A DNA stretch of 64,000 bases from Octopus sinensis (lineage: Eukaryota). This document shows positions 54,248-64,000 of this stretch, in pieces (the stretch's first letter is position 1; every line of letters starts with the position of its first letter). The position numbers and the translations under genes were made by a program. The notes under the pieces are model-generated. The model was not told the origin of the DNA and did not search any database. It saw nothing but the letters and a program-made list of their open reading frames with translations. The stretch is taken from positions 2,480,001-2,544,000 of the forward strand of contig NC_043009.1 in NCBI RefSeq assembly GCF_006345805.1, written 5' to 3'.

Positions 54248-55109
54248 AACACAGGAAGAAACAAGGAGAGAAAATAAAGAATGTGTAGTTGCTAGCGAAC
54301 ACTTCAGCTGCACCTCTCCTGCCTATGGACTACACTGGAATCTTCTGTTGATAGTTTTATGTAACCCGTCATTTTTATAGGTTGGCATTTGATTGAGATA
54401 TGGGCGTTTATCTAGCATGAAGGGCAACCGAATGGCTATTGTGTTGTAAATCAAAGAAAAATGAAACTCCTCTGTTGTCACTTAAGTAATAAAAAATTGG
54501 ATAAGCCTTGGATCAAATGTATTCCATCAAGCACATTTTATCATGTTTCTGTGGAGGATTAACTACCATCTCTAGCAGGCAACGTAGAGGTTCCCGCGTT
54601 GGCTCATGTGTATTATATGGTATATTGCGTGTATGAATATGTGTGTTACATATTAGTATCTCTATTATGCTCCAGCCAAAGAAGAATCAATCTCTCTGAA
54701 CTTCCGTTCACCCGATCCAGGATAACGATTAGTTACTATCTCCTAAACAAAACAAATATAAAAATCACTATAAAAGCAAAAACAAAATTGATCATGCTCG
54801 TACATGTTTCAAATAAAACAATGTGAAATATAACGACAATGAAAACTGTATTTTGCAATTGGGAAATAGCTGAACGAACTATACAGCGTCGTTTGTTGAT
54901 ATATATGGATGTCATAAAAGAGCTGTATCTTAATCGCTTCAACGGATCTCAAGACCATTCAGATAAATTTCTCGTCACGGTGGTTAATCTATATAAATTT
55001 ACTTCTATACTGCGTTCACGATAATACTGCGTCGAAACACGCCACTATGCTACGCCACGCGCTCGATAATGATTATTGCATTTTGTATGTGTTTATGTAT
55101 GTATGTATG

Positions 55110-55150
<41 letters not shown>

Positions 55151-55152
55151 TA

Positions 55153-55195
<43 letters not shown>

Positions 55196-55307
55196 ATATA
55201 TATATACATGCATATATAAAAATATGTATGTATACATATATGCATATATATATATATACATATATACATGCATATATGTATACATACATATTTTTATATA
55301 TGCATGT

Positions 55308-55363
<56 letters not shown>

Positions 55364-55489
55364 ATATATATACATGCATATATAAAAATATGTATGTATA
55401 TATATATATATATATATACATATACACATATATATATATTTCATTCTTTCTCTTAATCTTGTTCCTTGTCTTTCATCTTCATCAATATT

Positions 55490-55839
55490 CTACTTATTCA
55501 TCAGTATCTTCATACGCATCATCGTCATCGCCGTCGACGTCGTCATCATCATCATCATCACCAACTTCAGTTCCTCAATGCCAACGATTATTAGCGTCTT
55601 CAATATCGTGATGATCGCTGTGATAAACACGATCCGTATGCTGATAACTATCGTCACGAGCAGCATCATAAGCATCATCAATTCCATTTTTCTCATGTCC
55701 ATAACCATCACCACACATCCTCCGCCTCCTCCTCCTCCTTATCATCATCACCATCCTCAGCATCACCATTATTATTTTCATTGTCACTGTCAATGTGAAC
55801 GTATTTTTGATTATTATCTTTTCGCCACAATTACTTTAC

Positions 55840-55875
<36 letters not shown>

Positions 55876-55910
55876 GTAGTAGTAGTAGTAGTAGTAGAAG
55901 TAGCAGCAGT
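55490..55910. repeat. Degenerate (CAT)n/(CCT)n/(CTA)n-(TAG)n low-complexity tract
   Basis: Directly visible; explains the spurious ORFs at 55490-55946. Confidence 0.85.
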
Positions 55911-56435
55911 AACATTAAAGTAGCCTTGATGTTATGTCACCATTAACCACCAAAAATAAATAATTAATTACGTAATAAATTGGAAATAATGAATCAAATT
56001 AAATTACACTAATCAATCTAATATATGAAGCTAATATATTTGTGCCTTTGACAAATATTATTCTATAATATTCTCATCTGTGATTGTATTTTTCTATGAT
56101 ATATTTTTCTACACGTTATTTTCGTATCGTATATTTTTTCACTAATAGTTTCTATACAAATAAACACTACGACTTTTATTTTCGTTTTGACAACTATATC
56201 GTATGTTATACCGAACTATCAGTTTTGGGTTGTCTCAGCCTGAAGTCTATCCATGAAGTCTATCTACGGTGATTGCTGAACAGAGTAGCAAGCATGGCTA
56301 CCCTGTTTGCTCATGTCTTGTATGTCAATGTACATTAAGCAGATTTTTTTTCGTTTCCTCTCTAACTTCGCCCACACTGTTTCTATCTCTTTGAATATAT
56401 TTTGCTAATTGTATAAATTTTGTTCGGTATCTATA

Positions 56436-56836
56436 TTCTTTTCTATTCTAGGCACAAGTCCCGAAATTTCTGGGAAGAGAGGTGGGACAGTCGATTGGAT
56501 CAACCTCAGTACGTAACTGGTACTCAACATATCCATCCCGAATGGACGAAAGGCAAAGTCGACCTCGGCGGAATTTGAACTCAGAACGTAAAGACACAAA
56601 ATACCTATTTCTTTACTACCCAGAAGGGCCTAAACACAGAAAGGACACACGAGGATAGACAAACGGATTAAGTCGTTTATATCGACCCCATTGCATAACT
56701 GGTACTTAATTTATCGACCCCGAAAGGATGAAAGGCAAAGTCGACCTCGGCGGAATGTGAACTTAGAACGTAACTGCAGACGAAATACGGCTACGCATTT
56801 TGCCCGGCGTGCTAACGTTTCTGCCAGCTCGCCGCC
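56436..56836 (-). mobile_element. Two adjacent family-B SINEs
   Basis: aaggcaaagtcgacctcggcggaat occurs twice (about 56551 and 56732). Confidence 0.85.
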
Positions 56837-57544
56837 TTATGCAGAATCTGTATTATAAGCAGACTAATGGAATTCTAATAATGGATTGGTCTGAGGATTT
56901 TTATGCCTTTGGATTAAAACCAGTAAAGCACTGTTACAGAATTTACATTCTCAAGGTAATAATAAAACTTACATTTTTTTTTCTACAGAAATTCTTATAA
57001 AACTTAATTGAATGTATAATCATTTCCGATGTGTGAGCATTTTGGCTTTCTTTCTCAGACTGTAAGAGAAGATGGTGGGTAAGGGCGGTTTAAGGGAATT
57101 GCTAGAAATTCTTTTAAAATGACTTGTGTCCTCTGTTCTTGCGGATCATTCTGGGCATCTCCTGTAAGAGATGTTGGTCGATTACTGATTACTGATTATA
57201 GTTTGGCTCACTTTTTAGCATTTATTGCTCGTCGAAGTTGTGTGGATTTATAGAGGCAAACGGTTGCGCATTTGAGCAGTATTAGAAGCACCATATACAA
57301 GATAAGCACGGTTGCACAGCGCGTGTGTATACATACATACATACATACATACATTCATACATACATATACACACACATACATATGTATGTGTGTGTGTGT
57401 ACATGCACACATATATTCATGTGTACATCTGGGTGCGTGTGCGTGTACGCATGTACAGACGCATGCACACAAACACTTACACACGTATATGCAAATATAT
57501 ATATATGGACACGGACACACACACGCATATATATGTATGTATAT

Positions 57545-57790
57545 GTGGAGGCGCGCAGCTTAGTGGTTAAGGTGTTGAACTCATGATCTTAAAGTTGTGG
57601 TTTCGATTCCTGGACCGGACGATGCGTTCTGTTCTTGAGCAAAATACTTCATTTTCACGTTTCTACAGTCCACTCAGCTGGCAAACATGAGTAATCCTGC
57701 GACGGACTGACATCCCGTCCAGGTGGGGATTTTCTACGCCACTGAAACCAGCAAAACGGCCCTTATGAGCCTGGCATGGTTCGAGAAGGA
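57545..57790 (+). mobile_element. tRNA-derived SINE (family C-related)
   Basis: gtggaggcgcgcagcttagtggttaagg...ggtttcgattcctggacc; 3' part matches 17090-17180. Confidence 0.8.
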
Positions 57791-58384
57791 AAATTTATTT
57801 TTATGTATGTATATATAAAAAATATATTGCATATACGTATATATCAGAATGTCTTGTATATTTATATCTGTATATACAAGTACGAATCACTGCTCTAAAA
57901 TTTCCAAGTCCAAAAGATTGTGAAACCCCACGGCGCTTTGTTAGACCAAATACTCGCCCACCGTTCACACTCTGGTGGCGAACCCGGCAAACCATTTTAC
58001 AAACAGAATCTGTTAACCATAAGGTAATGCAGAACTGAATTACTTGAAGCTTTTTACGCTTAGAACTCCTTTTCAATAGAAGTCAATGTCACATTTTGAT
58101 CATTCCGTATATCATATTAATGTAACAGATATAGAAAGCGTTGCCTTCGATTTAATCCTCGTCTAATTAGGAACCATGTCTTGATGTTAGAAAAGAGTTT
58201 GTTAAGAAACCTTAGTAAGGTCCACATTCTGCATTTGCTTCATTTAAATATACCTCGAACATCTCTTGAGGATATCGGAGGTAATGAAGGTTAATGACAA
58301 ATAATTGACACAACTACGTACAAGATCGTATGATATATATATATATATATATATACGCGAGAAAGAAGCAACAAGAATGGATAG

Positions 58385-58480
58385 GTATTTAGTACGATCG
58401 TTTCATACAAGGACAGGTTTTATTAAAAGTTGCAAAGATTACAGCATATAAACGAGTCCCGTACTCATCAGCTAAAATAC
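58385..58480 (-). ncRNA. Type I hammerhead ribozyme with long stem II (unit 1, left arm)
   Basis: Reverse complement of 59316-59411; cleavage opposite T58393. Confidence 0.75.
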
Positions 58481-59315
58481 ATGTAAGTTCTCTAGACATC
58501 TAGTGTTTGAGGCTATACTCATGAAGTAATGTAGATAATTAAACAGATTTCTAAAGTTCATTAAAGTTCTTTAAAGATGATGTACAGTCTTATCACAGAA
58601 TTTTAAAAAGGTTTTGATAGCATCACAGAGAAGGTGACCTAATCCATATGAATTTCCATAGATATGATGAGGGATTATATACTCACAGAAGACAAATTTA
58701 TCCATTGTTAATTACAACGAGGTGGGTCTCAATTCCTGCTTATTAGCTTACAGAGAGGGTGAATTAATCCTTTGTATGTATGCACAGATTCCAATGGTGT
58801 AGATGTAAATTTCCAGAGAAATGGAGATGAATTTCATATATAGCTACAGCCTCTTGTGAATAGCAGTAATGTGATTAATGTGGCAAACACCTAATCATAT
58901 AACAAGGATTGATACCTACCTCATGTGTTCAACCATTGTAAAATTATCGCCTGTGAATATGAAATTCATCTCCATTTCTCTGGAAATTTACATCTACACC
59001 ATTGGAATCTGTGCATACATACAAGGATTAATTCACCTCTCTGTAATGCTAATAAGCAGGAATTGAGACCCACCTCGTTGTAATTAACAATGGATAAATT
59101 TGTCTTCTGTGAGTATATAATCCCTCATCATATCTATGGAAATTCATATGGATTAGGTCACCTTCTCTGTGATGCTATCAAAACCTTTTTAAAATTCTGT
59201 GATAAGACTGTACATCATCTTTAAAGAACTTTAATGAACTTTAGAAATCTGTTTAATTATCTACATTACTTCATGAGTATAGCCTCAAACACTAGGATGT
59301 CTAGAGAACTTACAT

Positions 59316-59411
59316 GTATTTTAGCTGATGAGTACGGGACTCGTTTATATGCTGTAATCTTTGCAACTTTTAATAAAACCTGTCCTTGTATGAAACGATC
59401 GTACTAAATAC
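59316..59411 (+). ncRNA. Type I hammerhead ribozyme with long stem II (unit 1, right arm)
   Basis: Stem I GUAUU(U)UAG/CUAAAUAC; CUGAUGA 59325-31; 60-nt stem II domain closed by GUACGGGAC/GUCCUUGUAU; GAAA 59392-95; palindrome ACGAUCGU; GUA, cleavage after A59403. Confidence 0.8.
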
Positions 59412-59560
59412 CTATCCATTCTTGTTGCTTCTTTCTCGCTTATAATCACCCCACATTACTGTATTGTTAAATCAGTATGGTTTTTTTTTTTTGGTGCATC
59501 TAAGTTAGGTACCATATTCAAGTAAATTTTTTTAATTAACTTGAATCTTTATTGCTCTTT

Positions 59561-59593
<33 letters not shown>

Positions 59594-59622
59594 CGCGAGA
59601 AAGAAGCAACAAGAATGGATAG

Positions 59623-59717
59623 GTATTTAGTACGATCGTTCATACAAGGACAGGTTTTATTAAAAGTTGCAAAGATTACAGCATATAAACGAGTCCCGTA
59701 CTCATCAGCTAAAATAC
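59623..59717 (-). ncRNA. Type I hammerhead ribozyme (unit 2, left arm)
   Basis: As 58385-58480; cleavage opposite T59631. Confidence 0.75.
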
Positions 59718-60556
59718 ATGTAAGTTCTCTAGACATCCTAGTGTTTGAGGCTATACTCATGAAGTAATGTAGATAATTAAACAGATTTCTAAAGTTCATT
59801 AAAGTTCTTTAAAGATGATGTACAGTCTTATCACAGAATTTTAAAAAGGTTTTGATAGCATCACAGAGAAGGTGACCTAATCCATATGATTTCCATAGAT
59901 ATGATGAGGGATTATATACTCACAGAAGACAAATTTATCCATTGTTAATTACAACGAGGTGGGTCTCAATTCCTGCTTATTAGCATTACAGAGAGGGTGA
60001 ATTAATCCTTTGTATGTATGCACAGATTCCAATGGTGTAGATGTAAATTTCCAGAGAAATGGAGATGAATTTCATATATAGCTACAGCCTCTTGTGAATA
60101 GCAGTAATGTGATTAATGTGGCAAACACCTAATCATATAACAAGGATTGATACCTACCTCATTGTGTTCAACCATTGTAAAATTTATCGCCTGTGAATAT
60201 GAAATTCATCTCCATTTCTCTGGAAATTTACATCTACACCATTGGAATCTGTGCATACATACAAAGGATTAATTCACCTCTCTGTAATGCTAATAAGCAG
60301 GAATTGAGACCCACCTCGTTGTAATTAACAATGGATAAATTTGTCTTCTGTGAGTATATAATCCCTCATCATATCTATGGAAATTCATATGGATTAGGTC
60401 ACCTTCTCTGTGATGCTATCAAAACCTTTTTAAAATTCTGTGATAAGACTGTACATCATCTTTAAAGAACTTTAATGAACTTTAGAAATCTGTTTAATTA
60501 TCTACATTACTTCATGAGTATAGCCTCAAACACTAGGATGTCTAGAGAACTTACAT

Positions 60557-60651
60557 GTATTTTAGCTGATGAGTACGGGACTCGTTATATGCTGTAATCT
60601 TTGCAACTTTTAATAAAACCTGTCCTTGTATGAAACGATCGTACTAAATAC
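60557..60651 (+). ncRNA. Type I hammerhead ribozyme (unit 2, right arm)
   Basis: As 59316-59411; cleavage after A60643, 1240 nt from the first plus-strand site. Confidence 0.8.
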
Positions 60652-60800
60652 CTATCCATTCTTGTTGCTTCTTTCTCGCTTATAATCACCCCACATTACT
60701 GTATTGTTAAATCAGTATGGTTTTTTTTTTTTGGTGCATCTAAGTTAGGTACCATATTCAAGTAAATTTTTTAAATTAACTTGAATCTTTATTGCTCTTT

Positions 60801-60835
<35 letters not shown>

Positions 60836-60897
60836 TAAAAACGGTAAGATAACAAAAGAAAGAAGAGACCTCAATATTATGTAAATAGAGGAAATTT

Positions 60898-60981
60898 ATC
60901 TGTAAAATAATATGTGACAATTATTCGGTAGCCAGGATAAAACTCTGAGTTTTATCTTGGATACCGAATATTATTTTACAG

Positions 60982-60983
<2 letters not shown>
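60898..60983. repeat. Short fold-back (nested inverted repeats) between (TA)n tracts
   Basis: tattcggtagccaggataaaactc-t-gagttttatcttggataccgaata (22/24 match) inside atctgtaaaataata/tattattttacagat. Confidence 0.85.
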
Positions 60984-61042
<59 letters not shown>

Positions 61043-61399
61043 TATATATATACGCCCCCTGTCATATAGGCACACACACCTACTTGCATAGGTCATTGTC
61101 CATACGTGGACAAATATTAAGACACAAACCAATTTACATATACATTTCTATTAAACTGGCTATTCATTTTTCATTGTTGAGCGTTACACACTCAACTGGA
61201 TTTCTGAGGCGACAATCGAAATGAGAATTTCTGTCGTTAGTTGAAACATTGAACATAAGGACAATTCCTAAAAAACAATAGCAACTGAGTGAGTCATTAG
61301 TTTTGCAAGCATAAATATACACATGACCTCTATAGTATGTTTACTGTCTCTCTGACTGCACACACACACACACACACATTTATATATTTATATATATAT

Positions 61400-61562
61400 A
61401 TATTAGACGAAATAAGGTACTCTAGTTGATTCTTCAATCTGAAGAATCCACTAGAGTGGATGCAAGCGCTAATATATGATTTATAGAAACATGTGACATA
61501 TTAATAGAAATCTGTAAATATAAAAGCATCCAGATTTCTGAGTACCTTATTTCTTCTAATAT
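61400..61562. mobile_element. 163-bp element with 23-bp terminal inverted repeats containing a hammerhead relic
   Basis: atattagacgaaataaggtactc / gagtaccttatttcttctaatat (22/23); CUGAAGA-AUCCAC-UAGA-GUGGAU-GCAA-GCGCU-A at 61439-61471. Confidence 0.7.
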
Positions 61563-61644
61563 ATAATACATGTACATCATCTACAAACCTTTTAATATAT
61601 ATATATATTATATATATATATATATATAATATATATATATATAT

Positions 61645-61864
61645 ATTTCTTTACTACCCATAAGGGGCTAAACACAGAGGGGACAAACAAGGACAGACAA
61701 AGGGATTAAGTCGATTACATCGACCCCAGTACTTAATTTATCGACCCCGTAAAGGATGAAAGGCAAAGTCGACATCGGCGGAATTTGAACTCGGAACGTA
61801 ACGACAGACGAAATACGGCTACGCAGGTCGCCCGGCGTGCTAATGTTTCTGCCAGCTCGCCGCC
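61645..61864 (-). mobile_element. tRNA-derived SINE family B, full length
   Basis: Reverse-complement match to 38464-38689. Confidence 0.9.
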
Positions 61865-61869
61865 TTACG

Positions 61870-61927
<58 letters not shown>

Positions 61928-62409
61928 AGACACTCACACACGCATACACGGTCGAAAAAATATATAAGATAAGTGAAATTAACGTCAGTAGACACACAGT
62001 TTTGCTTTGGATGCAGGCAATTAAATTCCAGTGCAATGAAGCTGTGGTTCGAGAAAGTTTTATCACAGTTTTTGTACCAAATGACATGAACTGATTATAG
62101 CCCTAATTATTTCTTAGTTGTAGATGTAAAATCGTTAACAAAGTTCATCAGAGTGTTTTCATTTAGTGTAAAGTATGTCTTAATTAAAAACCTACGCTTT
62201 TCTACTCTCTTAGTAACATGTTCCAATTAGAACACCTTTAAAAAATTTGCACTCCAAAATACTTTGCTTCTTGGAAGTGTAATTATAATCAAATTAACCT
62301 ATGAGACAACGTATGAGGCGGCTATCCTGTAGATTGACAGAGTACAAAATGACTGTAGGATATCCTTTTTCGACGGGAACAGAGTCTCGGGTGTACAAGC
62401 TTAAATAAT

Positions 62410-62600
62410 GATTTCAAATTTTGGCACAAGGCTCGCCATTTTCACAGATGGGTTTCGTCGATTATGTCGACTGGTAATTATTTTATCGATTCGGAATGAG
62501 GAAAAGCAATGTCATCCTCGGTGGAATTTGATCACAAAGCGTGAAGACGGACGAAATGCTAAGCAATTTGCCCGGCGTGCTAATGATTCTGTCAGCTCCT
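62410..62600 (-). mobile_element. Diverged family-B SINE
   Basis: aattttggcacaagg...ggtggaatttgatcac...gcccggcgtgctaatg. Confidence 0.7.
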
Positions 62601-62864
62601 CATCTTATATAGAAACGGAAATGATAATTATACATTTTCTTGAAGGTAGGCCAACTTGCTGGAGCGAAAGCGCGCTTACTATTGCAATAAAACCAGATAC
62701 TTTTAAAGGTTGTTTAATATATTCCTTTACTGTTTCTATTTCAACAGATTTCATTCATGAACAAATGTGTCTGTCTGATGTCTTAGTTTCTAATATATAG
62801 TAATGGAACAAAGACAATTAGACATCCTTATGTGCAACAATAAAATAAAAATTAAATGCATCCT

Positions 62865-63104
62865 TTTAAAGCATAGCCAGGCTCATGGGCTCGGTTTCCC
62901 GGTTTCAATGGCGTATGTATTCCCCAGCTTGACGGGACGCCAGTCCATCGCAGCGTTACTCATTTTTGCCAGCTGAGTGGACTGGAGCAACGTGAAATGA
63001 AGTGTTTTGCTCAAGAAAACAACGCGTCGCCCGGTCCAGGAATGGAAACCACAATCTTACGATCATGATGATGACACCCTAACCACTAAGCCACACACCT
63101 CCAC
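62865..63104 (-). mobile_element. tRNA-derived SINE (family C-related)
   Basis: Reverse complement has tgtggaggtgtgtggcttagtggttaggg and ggtttccattcctggaccggg; matches 57545. Confidence 0.8.
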
Positions 63105-63957
63105 ATATGCAACAATACAGAGAAAAATATCATCTACTCCAAATCTAATTCCAATATATTGTTCTATTCTACATGATTTTCCTCTAATGCATGAATTTAA
63201 GTTCCTTTTCCATTAAACGGACAGATGACAAAATTTGCTATCGTACAAACGTCGGTCTTTTTGAATCTTTGTTGCTAGTATCTAGAATTCAAAAGAACAT
63301 ATAACTAAATATGGCAATCCACCATTCAAATTCAAACATCAGTTCCTTCTGATGGATAGGACCTAAAGAATAATTTAATAATATTTCCATGTATCAGAAT
63401 TTTAAAATTCATTTTATTTCGCGTACGTGAAACATTCCACGGGTTCAAAGATATACACCTGCAATTCGCTCCCGTTAACAACACGAATTTGCTATTTACA
63501 AAATGGACGAATAAAATCACGACAAACCGTTAATATTAACAGCTTTTAAAATTTAGCTTCACTGTATAACTTAACTGACAATAAAAGAACATAAATATCG
63601 GGTTGCTTTTGAAATAACTTATAAATGAATGGAGAGGAGTAAGATTAGTGAGATTTGATTGCAGAGAAAAGTTACTTCGAAAGATCCGCAACTATAACAA
63701 TGTTCAAACATGAAGCGGAGTAACATTGCGAATGTATTGTATTAAATTTCTACAAATGAACGAATGTGACCCCAGATCCCCTGCTGAAATGCATATAAAC
63801 ATTTCCATTCTAATAAATACTATTTTGAAGTCAAATCAATCTTGAAACAAGTAGTATAGCTAAGAAGGAATAACGAAATATGGTTAATAATAATAATATG
63901 CTTTTATTCACATTCTGAATTACGAAAACACTCAAACACACATACATACATACATGC

Positions 63958-63988
<31 letters not shown>

Positions 63989-64000
63989 ATATATAAGATA

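Larger units (their letters stand above)
58357..60802. repeat. Two tandem ~1.24-kb fold-back units, each with 483-bp inverted arms, a ~117-bp spacer and a ~120-bp tail, separated and flanked by (TA)n
   Basis: Arms 58357-58839/58957-59439 and 59595-60077/60197-60679; arms nearly identical. Confidence 0.95.

Noticed and set aside
58357-60802. Interpretation as an integrated viroid, Obelisk or CRISPR-like array
   Set aside because: No ORF with a recognisable product, no repeat-spacer structure, and the two-polarity ribozymes are explained by simple inversion.

Overview
AT-rich eukaryotic intergenic or intronic DNA. The dense (TA)n/(CA)n/(TAA)n microsatellites and tRNA-derived SINE families suggest a cephalopod, probably Octopus; this is an inference from repeat content only. 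No complete host gene is recognisable, and almost all ORFs in the supplied track are microsatellite translation artefacts. Recognisable protein-coding remnants are all transposon-derived: a frameshifted Penelope-like element (RT + GIY-YIG), a second GIY-YIG fragment of different sequence, an R4/Dong-type RLE LINE in (TAA)n with an extra 3' fragment, degenerate Tc1, Tc3-like, mariner and maT-like DNA transposons, and a non-autonomous Helitron-like element. There are also about 25 SINE copies or fragments, not all itemised. The main unexplained signal is RNA-structural: many type I hammerhead ribozyme (HHR) motifs, most of them next to (TA)n tracts. Nine have an intact CUGANGA/GAAA core and a GUA cleavage triplet, and several more are variant or decayed. 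Eight of the nine sit in two unrelated non-coding arrays, 20354-22267 (567-bp unit) and 58357-60802 (~1.24-kb unit). Both combine tandem and inverted copies, with the HHRs pointing outward toward flanking (TA)n. The arrays resemble retrozyme-like or Penelope-derived fold-back elements that could release unit-length, possibly circular or double-stranded, RNAs. All structures were folded by eye; none has been tested, and the tandem duplication in the second array could be an assembly artefact.
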